From contig CBDUVB010000003.1 of NCBI GenBank assembly GCA_965370555.1, positions 20,357 through 84,356 of the forward strand: a DNA stretch of 64,000 bases, read 5' to 3'. The stretch is from an uncultured bacterium. GTDB lineage: Bacteria > Bipolaricaulota > Bipolaricaulia > UBA7950 > UBA9294. Shown one piece after another: positions 19,013 to 28,643 of this stretch. The number at the start of each line of letters is the position of its first letter. Position 1 is the stretch's first letter. The notes under the pieces are model-generated. The model was not told the origin of the DNA, searched no databases, and worked only from the letters and a program-made list of their open reading frames with translations. A program made the translations under genes and the position numbers.

Positions 19013-20405
19013 TGCGCCTCAAGGGCTTGGCGTTGCGGTATAAGCTCTTCCTCGGTCTAGCGATTGTCGGAGGAATATCGCTTGTAGCGGTCTATTTTCT
19101 CGCTACCCACTTCATCCTTGACGATGTTAAGGTGTTCCTCGTTTCGGAGAACGCCAGCCTAGTAGGGGATCTAAGGGAGCAGTTAGTAAGCTTCTATGCC
19201 CGTAGCGGTGAGTGGGACGGTGTTGAGGAAGTCTTCGATGCATGTATCAACCCCGGTTGGCACGGGGGGGGGAGCTACGGTGCGCGTGGGGGTGCGACAG
19301 GACGCTTCCAGTGGGGGGATCATGTGCTGTTGACCGACCCTAGCGGGGCTATCCTCTATGCTAGCTCCGAAGATCTCGCGCGCGATATACTCTCTGTCAG
19401 TAGGCTCTCCAAGGGCCTCCCCATCCTTGTTGAAGGGGAGGAGGTGGGACGTCTGTTTACCGGTGCGATGCTCGATCGGTTCAGTGGGCTTGAGGAGGAT
19501 CTCCTGATTTCCGTTCGGCGTTCTGTTGCTGTAACCGCGTTCATCAGCCTGTTAGTGGCGACGGTTGTCGGTCTTCTCCTCCTTCGGTTGATCACCGCTC
19601 CGTTCGGGCGACTGATCAGGGCCACCAAGACGATCTCGGGGGGAGATCTTACGCATCCTATCGCCATCGAGACTCGGGATGAGATCGGAGAGCTCTCGCA
19701 GGTGTTGGATAACCTTAGGATGAACCTTGCACGCTCGGAGGATGTGCGGCGACACATGCTCGCCGACATCGCCCACGAACTACGTAACCCGTTGGCCATC
19801 CTGCGAGCCAAGGTAGAGGCGATGCTCGACGGAGTTCAGCCGACGAGCGAGGAGAACCTTGGATCCCTCAATGAGAAGCTTCAGCACCTGTCTCATCTCG
19901 TCGACGAACTGCAGGATATCGCCTTGGCCGAGGCGGGTGAACTTCCCCTTAATCTTGCCTCCCTCGATCTTGTGGAGCTGCTGCACGATGTGGAGGGTGA
20001 CGCGCAGGCCCTCTTTGCGGGAGATGAAAAGGAGTTTCGGCTGGAGATACCGCCACACCTTCCTCTGGTGCGCGCCGATCGACGGCGTTTGCTTCAGATC
20101 CTGTGGAACCTCCTCTCAAACGCCATCCGTCACACAACAGTCGGAGATGTTGTCGCAGTACGGGTCGAGCCGCACCCCGAGGAGGTGTGTTGATCCACGT
20201 GATCGACACCGGGGAGGGGATGGATGAGGAGACGCTAGCCCATCTCTTCGATCGCTTCTATCGAGGCACGGGTGATCGTGCTTTTGGGGGATTAGGCCTT
20301 GGACTAGCGATCACGAAAGAGCTGGTGCGAGCCCACGGCGGGAGGATCTGGGTCGAGAGTCATCCGGGCGCAGGAACACGATTATCCTTCACCTTACCTC
20401 TCTAG
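19009..20405 (+). pseudogene. sensor histidine kinase (TM, HAMP, HisKA, HATPase_c), frameshifted near 20180
   Basis: HAMP and H-box (DIAHELRNPL) and N-box (LSNAIRHT) are in one frame, ending VEPHPEEVC* at 20193. The G1/G2 boxes (VIDTGEGMDEE...GGLGLGLAI) continue in another frame from about 20185 to 20405. Confidence 0.7.
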
Positions 20406-20498
20406 AAAACGCTTGCTGCAAGCTGATAACTTCCCGATAAGTTCTCCACTCCATGTTCATACTGGGGTGCTATCATCCCCGTATCTTAAGAAAAGGGA

Positions 20499-20834
20499 GT
20501 GGTCAAAATGACCAAAGCAAGAAAGCTGATTGTAGGATTGTTGATGGTGAGTCTCCTCGCTGTGGGTGTAGTCGCCCTGGCGGAGAACGGGTTCGGCGGA
20601 AAGGATTCTGCTGATTGGGCTGCTGCGCGAGCGGCAGGGGAGTGTTCCTGCGATGAAGAGAGGGACATGGACGGAGACGGAATCTCCAACTGTGATGATC
20701 CGGATTTCGTTCGCCCCCTCGATGGGAGCGGCTACGGTCAGATGCAGGGCTACGGAAGAGGCCTGCGTGACGGCAGTGGCAACGGTATGTGCGATGGGAG
20801 CGGCTACGGCCACGGTGCCCACGGATCGCAGTAG
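20499..20834 (+). CDS. small secreted Gly/Cys/His/Met-rich protein with a thrombospondin-type-3-like DxDGDG acidic motif
   Basis: Signal peptide; CSCDEERDMDGDGISNCDDPDF; repeats of DGSGYG/GNGMCDGSGYGHGAHG. Confidence 0.5.
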   Translation: MVKMTKARKLIVGLLMVSLLAVGVVALAENGFGGKDSADWAAARAAGECSCDEERDMDGDGISNCDDPDFVRPLDGSGYGQMQGYGRGLRDGSGNGMCDGSGYGHGAHGSQ

Positions 20835-20915
20835 CATTATCATATGATCAACGAGCGGCGATCGGCTCTAAGATCGATCGCCGCTCACTTACAGGTATAA
20901 GAAAGGAAGACAAAG

Positions 20916-21581
20916 ATGAAAGAAAGAACGGCTAGGGCCACACTCTTAGTGCTTATCGGGCTTCTCTTGGGGGCGTTTGCTGTTTCGGCGTGCGATTTTG
21001 CCTTCAATTACGACGAGATCACGGCCCCGGTGGGGACCGTGGGGGAGATCGGGGTGCGCGTGCAGAAGACGCACATCAATTGCACGATGACCGATCAGTT
21101 TGACTATCAATTTGCCTGGGAGAACCTCCAGATCCTCGGGGAAACACCGTGGGAGGAGGTAGGTCCGCAGCTCTACGAGAAGTGGTTCAAGGTCTCTTTG
21201 AGTGCACCGGGTGAGGGCTTCTTGAAGATCTCAAAGACCTGTTCTAAGGAGGGGTACGAAGAGGCGATTCTGCCGGTTACGGTGACCGAGGGAGCGGCGG
21301 ATGGAGCCTTCTTGCAGTCTCTTTCGGGAACCTATCCGTTCGAATTGGAGGCGGACCTCTCTATAAAGACAGTTGTCGGAGCGGTCCACCTTGTGGGGGA
21401 ACTCCTCACAATCGGCGATCTTCAGGTCTTGCTCCCGACGATCCCCATCGGATTGGAAGACTACTTTGGCGAGGCGCGCCTGTACTATACTCCGGGTGAG
21501 GAGCGAACAGAGCCGCTCCTTCTGGTAAGCGAGGACTTTCTCTACCGGTTCGATTACCTGGTTGCAGAGGCCTCTTCGTAA
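20916..21581 (+). CDS. secreted hypothetical protein
   Basis: Signal peptide with a lipobox-like AVSAC; no recognisable domain. Confidence 0.45.
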   Translation: MKERTARATLLVLIGLLLGAFAVSACDFAFNYDEITAPVGTVGEIGVRVQKTHINCTMTDQFDYQFAWENLQILGETPWEEVGPQLYEKWFKVSLSAPGEGFLKISKTCSKEGYEEAILPVTVTEGAADGAFLQSLSGTYPFELEADLSIKTVVGAVHLVGELLTIGDLQVLLPTIPIGLEDYFGEARLYYTPGEERTEPLLLVSEDFLYRFDYLVAEASS

Positions 21582-21587
21582 TAGAGG

Positions 21588-22529
21588 ATGAACATGAGAA
21601 AGATCGCTGCGGGGATAATAGGTGGAGCCTTGCTCCTTATCCTGGTTGCGGGCTCCGTTCTCCTCGCGGATGGTTTTGGCTCTCAGAGCAACTTCGGCAC
21701 AACCGATGAGAGCCACACCTTTCAAGGCCCGGAGACACAACCATCAGAACAGACGAGCTACTTCATTCACGAACAGGGATTGAAACTCATCCTGCTTGGT
21801 CTGTTCAGCGTGCTTGCCATGGGGATCATCGTCCTTCGCAAGTACAGGCTTCGGCGCTGGCTGCTCCTCGCTTCGGTGATTGTCTTGGGATTTGTCATGG
21901 GTGGGTTTCTCTGTCCGGTGGCGGCGGTGCAGAACATATTCCTCAAGGCGAACACCGGATACCTGTTGCTCTTTCTGGTCCCGGTGGTGCTCGCGTTGGT
22001 CATGGGACGCCTCTTCTGCGGGTATATCTGCCCGTTCGGGGCGGCACAGGAGCTTCTCCACGTACGCAAGTGGGGGTGGAGGATCCCTTCAAAGTGGATG
22101 CGCGTTCTTACGAAGCTGAAGTACGCCCTCTTGATCTACCTTGTCGTGCGTGTCCTTGTCACGGGGAGTGTGATCTTACAGGATTACTCCCCGTTCAAGC
22201 CCCTCTTCTCCTGGGGAGGGACACCGGTGACGATCGGAGTCACCGCTCTCTTTGCTCTCCTATCCATCTTCCTCTATCGCCCATTCTGCCGAACTCTCTG
22301 TCCTCTCGGGGTTTTCCTCTCGCTTTTGTCGCGGTTTTCCCTCTTTCGCATTCGTGCAAACACGAGCTGCGTAAGTTGCAACCTGTGCACGAAGGAATGC
22401 CCGAATGGCGCGATGGATGGCGGAACGGTCGATACGGGCGAGTGTCTGCTCTGTGGGGAATGCGCGGGAATCTGCCCTACAAGCTCCTTGTGCATCGAGC
22501 GACGACGGTTTGGAAGCACAAGGGAGTGA
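21588..22529 (+). CDS. NapH/NosR-like membrane polyferredoxin (4Fe-4S binding)
   Basis: TM helices with CGYICPFGAAQE and CRTLCPLG motifs and C-terminal CxxCxxCxxxCP ferredoxin clusters. Confidence 0.7.
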   Translation: MNMRKIAAGIIGGALLLILVAGSVLLADGFGSQSNFGTTDESHTFQGPETQPSEQTSYFIHEQGLKLILLGLFSVLAMGIIVLRKYRLRRWLLLASVIVLGFVMGGFLCPVAAVQNIFLKANTGYLLLFLVPVVLALVMGRLFCGYICPFGAAQELLHVRKWGWRIPSKWMRVLTKLKYALLIYLVVRVLVTGSVILQDYSPFKPLFSWGGTPVTIGVTALFALLSIFLYRPFCRTLCPLGVFLSLLSRFSLFRIRANTSCVSCNLCTKECPNGAMDGGTVDTGECLLCGECAGICPTSSLCIERRRFGSTRE

Positions 22530-22543
22530 CGCCGGGCCCTTTC

Positions 22544-23152
22544 TTAACTGCCGCAGGTGTTGCAGCCGCCGATCTTAATGATCTTGGTGAGGAAGCCTGA
22601 TTTTCCGTTGTCGTCGATCACGGTGAGACGGACCGTGTAAGATTTCGCTAGTTCATAGGTGTGTTGGACAACTTCCCCGCTGCTTGTTGCGCCGTCGCCA
22701 AAGGACCAGAGCCACTCGACGATGTATCCATCCTCATCGTATGAGCCAGATGCGTCGAATACAGTTGGTATCAGCCTTTGGGGTATATGGGGCCAGACTC
22801 CGAACTCGGCCTGCGGGGCGTGATTTAGCGCCTCCACGTTGTGCGTGATCGCACCGACCGCGCCGGTCGAGTCGGTGACGGTGAGGGTGACGGGGTAGAC
22901 TCCCTTTTCGTAGAAGGTGTGGGTGACGTTAACCCCGGTATCGGTCTCTCCATCCTTGAAGTTCCACGCGTAGGAGACGATCGCGCCATTCGGGCTGCTC
23001 GATGCGCTGGCGTCGAAGTGGACGGTGAGCGGGGGAAAGGCAAACTCGGGATCGGCGCTGAATTCCGCGCGGGGGCTGCTGGAGAACAGGCAGCCGCCGA
23101 GGGCGAACAGGCCTGCGAGCAGAACAAGAATAAAGACGTATTTAACCTTCAT
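22544..23152 (-). CDS. lipoprotein with two PKD domains
   Basis: Lipobox LGGC; two repeats of the PKD signature (W.F.DG.T.......H.Y...G.Y.V.LTV.D). Confidence 0.75.
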   Translation of the reverse strand: MKVKYVFILVLLAGLFALGGCLFSSSPRAEFSADPEFAFPPLTVHFDASASSSPNGAIVSYAWNFKDGETDTGVNVTHTFYEKGVYPVTLTVTDSTGAVGAITHNVEALNHAPQAEFGVWPHIPQRLIPTVFDASGSYDEDGYIVEWLWSFGDGATSSGEVVQHTYELAKSYTVRLTVIDDNGKSGFLTKIIKIGGCNTCGS

Positions 23153-23274
23153 CGTGATGACGCACCTCGTTGATTGTTGTTTATCGTCATTCTACTTTGC
23201 TGAGTACCGTAGCGCACGAAGAAAGGGGACCGAGCGTTCAGCAATCAGCCGTCAACTAGCAATACTCAGTTTTT

Positions 23275-23594
23275 GGGCTCTTTGTCATTTCGAGTGGGTA
23301 ACGCCTCCTAACTTTCAATCCCTCAGTGTAGCCAACCGCTCAAGGGATATTCCCGTGTAGGCCAAGCTCGATTTCAGATTGACCACTTGGAACGCGGTCC
23401 TTTTAATCTCTTAGGAAGCCAGGAGACCAGGAAAGAGGCATGAGATAGCGGTTCACTATAAAGCCAGAGGAAACGCGTGTCTTTCTTGTTTTCAACTCAA
23501 GAATTCTGGCTCTTTTCCTGGATTCCTGGTTTCCTTAGAGCAAAAACGCAGGCAAGCTTAACTTTCAGTTACCCACTCAAGACGATAAGGAACC
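23275..23594 (+). mobile_element. 320-bp cassette: copy B of the 200-bp element (23401..23594) bracketed by inverted 40-bp motifs (23275..23316 and 23563..23594)
   Basis: The motif GGYTCYTTGTCRTTTCGAGTGGGTARYGCCTYCTAAYTTC and its reverse complement flank the cassette; the same architecture occurs at 44203..44516. Confidence 0.5.
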
Positions 23595-23642
23595 AGTTCT
23601 CGTGGATTGGCTTTTAGCTGAATGCTGATGGCTGAGAGCTTC

Positions 23643-26066
23643 CTACTCCTCTTTCTCGTTCTCGTCTTCCTTTTTCTCTTCCTTCAAGGCCTGGCGGATC
23701 GCTTCCAGCCGTTCTGCTACGTGGGCGAATACCGTCCCCTCCGGGAAGGTGCCGTCCTCCTGCATGGTCCCAGCAGGGACGCCGGTTAGGATCTCGATTC
23801 CCTCTTCCACGGTTGCCACCGGGTAAATGTGGAACTTTCCTGCCTTAACAGCGTCGACGATCTCTTCTGCGAGCATCAGGTTGTCGATATTCTGTACCGG
23901 GATCAACACCCCTTCTTCACCTGTGGTCCCCTTGACCTGGCAGACCTTGAAGAACCCTTCGATCTTCTCGTTCACCCCGCCGATCGGTTGGATCTCACCC
24001 TTCTGATTGATCGAGCCGGTGATCGCGATCCCTTGTTTGATCGGAAGGTTGGAGAGACTGGAGAGGATGGCGTAGAGCTCGGTGCTCGATGCGCTGTCCC
24101 CGTCGATCATCGAGTAGCTCTGCTCGAAAGCGAGGCTGGCCGATAAACTGAGAGATTTCTTACTTGCGAACCGCTCGCCGAGGAACCCTTTTAGGATCAT
24201 TATCCCTTTGGTGTGCGTGTGCCCTCCTAGTTCAGCCTCGCGCTCGATGTCCACGATCCCTCCTTTCCCGGTGTGGACCGACGCCGTGATCCGCGATGGC
24301 TTCCCGAACATGTAGTCTCCGAGCTGGAGTACGGCCAATCCGTTCACCTGGCCGACCTTCTCTCCCGTGGTGTCAACGAGGATTTGGCCGCGGGCGATCA
24401 TCTCGCGGATCTTCTCCTCGATCCGATTGCGGCGATCGTCTTTTTTCGCAAGCGCGAGTTGGACATGCTTGCCGGTGACATACGGTGAGTCCTCTGTGCG
24501 TGCCCAGTAGGAGGACTCCTTGACAATAGAGGTTAGGTTTCCAAACCGACAGGAGAGCTTCTTCTGGTCGCCAGCGAGCTCGGAGGAGTACTCGACGATC
24601 TTCGCCACCCCACTCGGGTCGAAGGGGAGGATGGTCTGCTCTTCCTTGCAGCGGGCGCGAAGGAAATGTGCGATCTCCTGTTCATGTTCAGGGGTTCGTT
24701 CCATCTCGGTGTCGAAGTCGCTTTTCACACTGAAGAGCTTGGGAAAATCCTCATCGTAGTAGTGAAGAAGCTCGTAGATCTGCGGGTTCCCGATAATGAT
24801 GATCTTCAGTTCGAACGGAACTGGTTCCGGTTTCAGCCCCTCGGTGGTGGCATAACCGAGCATCTGCAGTGGATCCTCGATCCGGATCTCCCCCCGCTTG
24901 AGGGCGATTTTAAGTGCTTCCCAGGAGAGGCCGACGCGGAACAGATTGTTCGCGTTCAGGACCAGGTAGCCCCCGTTGGCTCGGTGAAGCGACCCTGGCT
25001 TGATCATCGTGAAATCGGTAGTGGCGACCCCCATTTGCACACGCCGTTCGATCGAGCCGAACAGATTGGTATAGGTAGCATTCTGCTCCACGATCACTGG
25101 TGCGCCTTCCGTCTTCGAGTTATCGACCAGGACATTGACGTAGTAGCGCTTGAACGGGTCGGACTGCGAGACAGGGAAGGGGAAGGGCATCTTCTGTCCA
25201 CTGTTCTTCCCCCCGTCCTGAAACTGCTTCAGGTGCTCGACGATGTCCACCTTGACGGCCTCGAGGAAGGAGACCACCTTGGGGAGCTCACCGTAACGTG
25301 ACTTCAGTTGATTGAACCGTGGTTCGATGGTGAATAAGACAGCCTCCTTGGCGAGTTTCTTGATCTCCGCTTCTCGCTCCTCCTCCACGCGGGCGATCTC
25401 CTGCAGGTTCTCCTGGATGATCGTCTGCACCTGGCTCTGTTTTTCACGGATCTGGGAGCGCTCTTCCTCGGAGAGGGCGGCGTACTCCTCCTGGCTGAGC
25501 GGTTCTCCCTTCTCCTGCAGGGGGAGGGTGTTGATGCCGATCGGGGTGCGCTGGATGGCGAAACCGAGCTCACGGGACTTTGCTTCCATATCGTCTGCCA
25601 GTTTGGAGCGCTTCTCGACGAAACGTTCGCTGATCTTCTTGCTGCGAGCCTTGAATTCGTCGGATGCTAAGACTTTGGGGATGTCACGCTTGAGACGCGA
25701 GATCAACTGCTCCATGTCTTTGCGTAACTGGATCCCCATACCCGCGGTGAGATCCAAGTAGTGGGGGCTGTAGGGGGTTGAGAAGTTATGCACGTAGCAC
25801 AGGTCGGGCGGTTTCGGCTCATCCTTGCTGGCGCGGCTCAAGAAATCCTCCACTGCCGACATCTTCCCGGTTCCTGGGCCTCCAGCGACGTAGATGTTAT
25901 AACGATTCTTGGCGTCCTTAATTCCTAAGCCAAGCTTAAGCGCCTCTATGGCGCGTGCCTGCCCGATGATCCGATCGAGCGGCTCCAGGTCGGCGGTTGT
26001 CTTAAAGGCGAACTGCTTCGGGTCGCACGTACAACGAAGTTGATTGCTATTCAGTTTATTGACCAT
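23643..26066 (-). CDS. Lon-like ATP-dependent protease (COG1067/LonC-type; AAA+ with a large insertion plus S16 protease domain)
   Basis: 807 aa; Walker A GGPGTGKMS; C-terminal Lon S16 domain with GDSASS...KEGV; no TM segments. Confidence 0.8.
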   Translation of the reverse strand: MVNKLNSNQLRCTCDPKQFAFKTTADLEPLDRIIGQARAIEALKLGLGIKDAKNRYNIYVAGGPGTGKMSAVEDFLSRASKDEPKPPDLCYVHNFSTPYSPHYLDLTAGMGIQLRKDMEQLISRLKRDIPKVLASDEFKARSKKISERFVEKRSKLADDMEAKSRELGFAIQRTPIGINTLPLQEKGEPLSQEEYAALSEEERSQIREKQSQVQTIIQENLQEIARVEEEREAEIKKLAKEAVLFTIEPRFNQLKSRYGELPKVVSFLEAVKVDIVEHLKQFQDGGKNSGQKMPFPFPVSQSDPFKRYYVNVLVDNSKTEGAPVIVEQNATYTNLFGSIERRVQMGVATTDFTMIKPGSLHRANGGYLVLNANNLFRVGLSWEALKIALKRGEIRIEDPLQMLGYATTEGLKPEPVPFELKIIIIGNPQIYELLHYYDEDFPKLFSVKSDFDTEMERTPEHEQEIAHFLRARCKEEQTILPFDPSGVAKIVEYSSELAGDQKKLSCRFGNLTSIVKESSYWARTEDSPYVTGKHVQLALAKKDDRRNRIEEKIREMIARGQILVDTTGEKVGQVNGLAVLQLGDYMFGKPSRITASVHTGKGGIVDIEREAELGGHTHTKGIMILKGFLGERFASKKSLSLSASLAFEQSYSMIDGDSASSTELYAILSSLSNLPIKQGIAITGSINQKGEIQPIGGVNEKIEGFFKVCQVKGTTGEEGVLIPVQNIDNLMLAEEIVDAVKAGKFHIYPVATVEEGIEILTGVPAGTMQEDGTFPEGTVFAHVAERLEAIRQALKEEKKEDENEKEE

Positions 26067-26098
26067 GTTGTTATCCTCCGGGTAAGATTCTACCGCAG

Positions 26099-27187
26099 AT
26101 GTGTAAACGAGTGCAATGCCGAACCGTTCGTGAAGGGATTCTGTTATTTCTCATCCTGGTGGCGATCGTGGTGGGAACCGTTGCGGAGACCCTCGTTCTT
26201 CCCCTGATCGGTCGCCCTGGGGAGTGTACCTACTGTCAGGGTGTAGAGGACGCATTCGACGCGGCAGAGAGCTCGATCGACCTCTTGCTCTCCGATGCGC
26301 GGTTGGAGGAGAACCCACTGTGGGACAACCTCCTGGCGGCCGCTTCCCGTGGGGTTGCGGTGCGTGTCCTCCTCGACCAAAGTGATTGGGCCCCGTCGAT
26401 CACCGAGAAGAACCGACCGACGATCGATTATCTGACCTTGCACGGGATCGAGGCCCGGTTTGACGACCCTGCGGTGACCACCCACTCCAAGCTGGTTGTA
26501 GTCGATCGTCGGGTCGTGATCCTCGGTTCGACCAACTGGAACCGCTACGCCTTTACCTCACAGGAGCAGACAGACGTGATCGTGGAGGATGAGAAGGTGG
26601 GGGAGGTCTTCGCATCTTACTTCGATCGGCTGTGGTCTGGACACCTCATCGAGAACGGGGTTAAGCTCGACCTCTCACCCTTGGATGGCGAGGAGCCACT
26701 CATCGTCCCGCTTCCCGAGACGGTGGGGACCGCGAACTACGGGCGCGTTCTCATCGAGCTTCTCCGGAGCGCACAGCGATCGGTGCACGTCGTGATGTAC
26801 CGCATTTCTCACTACTCAGGTTATCAGGAGGGCCAGGGAAACGAGATCTTGAAGGAACTGATCGCCGTGGCCTCCCGGGGGTTGGATGTGAGGGTCCTCA
26901 TGGACGACTGTTCCTTCTACAGAGAGTCGGCCGAGGCGAACCTGGAGGCGGCCGACTACCTGCAGCGTCACGGGGTGGAGGTCAGAATGGACGACCCCGA
27001 TGAGACCACACATGCGAAACTGGTGATCGTCGACGGAGCATCCACTATCCTCGGCTCGACCAACTGGAACTACTACTCCCTGGAACGGAACAACGAGGTC
27101 GATATTGCGTTCATCGCCCTTCCCAATGTCGCCGTTCCCTATGAAGCGTTCTTCCAGACACTGTGGCAACAGGGGAGAGCACCGTGA
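26099..27187 (+). CDS. phospholipase D-like (two HKD motifs) membrane-anchored protein
   Basis: N-terminal TM helix; HSKLVVVD...GSTNW and HAKLVIVD...GSTNW. Confidence 0.8.
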   Translation: MCKRVQCRTVREGILLFLILVAIVVGTVAETLVLPLIGRPGECTYCQGVEDAFDAAESSIDLLLSDARLEENPLWDNLLAAASRGVAVRVLLDQSDWAPSITEKNRPTIDYLTLHGIEARFDDPAVTTHSKLVVVDRRVVILGSTNWNRYAFTSQEQTDVIVEDEKVGEVFASYFDRLWSGHLIENGVKLDLSPLDGEEPLIVPLPETVGTANYGRVLIELLRSAQRSVHVVMYRISHYSGYQEGQGNEILKELIAVASRGLDVRVLMDDCSFYRESAEANLEAADYLQRHGVEVRMDDPDETTHAKLVIVDGASTILGSTNWNYYSLERNNEVDIAFIALPNVAVPYEAFFQTLWQQGRAP

Positions 27188-27503
27188 GGTAGCACCATGA
27201 GGCAGCCCCTCTACATCGTCCTCGTCTGTTTTTCCTTGATTTTCCCCTCTTTTCCCGCTACTATCTAGGGTGTCGGGAGTGATCCTCTGATGAACAGGGT
27301 TTACAGCTTCGGAGCGAACTTCCTTTCGCGAACACGGAAGGTCAGTTCGCCACCATCTCAGGTTATCCAGTGCTGTTGTTCGTATGTCTGTGTGAGTCGT
27401 AACGGGTTCACCTAGCGATATAGACGGTCCTTTTCGGACGGTCTGGTGCGATGATTTTTCTACTATCTTTAATGATTCTATCAAATAAAAAAGGAGGCGG
27501 AAA

Positions 27504-28643
27504 ATGAAAGAGATCAGGACCGCAGTCATCGGAGTGGGGAATTGTGCAAGTGCGCTTGTGCAGGGAAGGTTTTACTACGCAGACCCAGATGCGGCTGTCC
27601 CTGGACTGATCACACAAGACTTCGGGGGGTATCGCCCGCAGCATATCCGGTTCGTGGCAGCGTTCGATGTCGATGAACGGAAAGTCGGGTTGGACCTGTC
27701 GCAAGCGATCTTCTCTCCGCCCAACCGGACGACCGTCTTTCAACGTGAAATCCCTCATCTGGACTGTCCTGTTCGGATGGGATATATCATCGACAGCATC
27801 GCCCCTCATAACGAGGAATACCCGGAGCAGGAGCGGTTCAAGCCACTTGCGAACGTCTACGTGACGGAGGAGGAGGCGAAAGAGGCGGTCGTGCACGTTC
27901 TGCGCGAGGCGCGGGTCGACGTGGTGGTCAACTACCTCCCCGTGGGAAGCGAGAAGAACGTGGTCTTCTACGCCGACTGTGCGATCGAGGCCGGTTGCGC
28001 GTTGGTCAACGCGATGCCCGTCTTCCTCTCCCAGTTCTACGGGGAGCGCTTCCGTGAGGCGGGCCTTCCGATCCTGGGAGACGACATCAAGTCGCAGGTC
28101 GGGGCGACGATCATCCATCGGGTGTTGACGCGGCTCTTCGAGGATCGCGGCCAGCCGGTCAAGCAGACCTATCAGTTGAACGTCGGTGGGAACACGGATT
28201 TCCTGAACATGCTCGACCGGAATCGCCTGACGAGTAAAAGGATCAGCAAGACCCAAGCGGTCACGAGCCAGATGGACGGGGATGGGATCGACCCGAGGAA
28301 CATCTACGTTGGGCCGAGCGACTACATCCCCTGGCTGAACGACCGCAAACTCTGTTTCTTGCGGATCGAGGCAGAGCAGTTCGGCGGGGTGCCGATGTAT
28401 CTCGATCTACGCCTGTCGGTCGAGGACTCCCCTAACTCCGCAGGAGTGGTGATGGAGGCCCTGCGTGCGGCGAAGGTCGCCCTCGACCGCGGGCTTGCAG
28501 GGCCGATCGCCGAGGCGAGCGCTTACCTCTTCAAGTCCCCGGTGAAGCAGTACGAGGACTCCATCGCGCGGCAGATGCTGCGTCGGTTTGCTCTTGGCAT
28601 AGAGGAGACGCAGCTCGCCACGACGGGACGCAGAGGACAGTGA
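27504..28643 (+). CDS. ino1: myo-inositol-1-phosphate synthase
   Basis: 379 aa, colinear with bacterial Ino1 (AVIGVGNCASALVQG, VAAFDVDERKVG, LPVGSE, GDDIKSQVGATI.HRVL, NVGGNTDFLNML, KISKTQAVTS). Confidence 0.88.
   Translation: MKEIRTAVIGVGNCASALVQGRFYYADPDAAVPGLITQDFGGYRPQHIRFVAAFDVDERKVGLDLSQAIFSPPNRTTVFQREIPHLDCPVRMGYIIDSIAPHNEEYPEQERFKPLANVYVTEEEAKEAVVHVLREARVDVVVNYLPVGSEKNVVFYADCAIEAGCALVNAMPVFLSQFYGERFREAGLPILGDDIKSQVGATIIHRVLTRLFEDRGQPVKQTYQLNVGGNTDFLNMLDRNRLTSKRISKTQAVTSQMDGDGIDPRNIYVGPSDYIPWLNDRKLCFLRIEAEQFGGVPMYLDLRLSVEDSPNSAGVVMEALRAAKVALDRGLAGPIAEASAYLFKSPVKQYEDSIARQMLRRFALGIEETQLATTGRRGQ

Noticed and set aside
23643-26066. The Lon-like protease as BREX BrxL (a defence-system component)
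   Set aside because: No other brx or pgl genes are nearby. The architecture (an 800-aa soluble AAA-like domain with an insertion plus an S16 domain) fits the housekeeping LonC/COG1067 class better.
27408-28256. A 282-aa minus-strand ORF opposite ino1
   Set aside because: It is antisense to the full-length, highly conserved Ino1 coding sequence.
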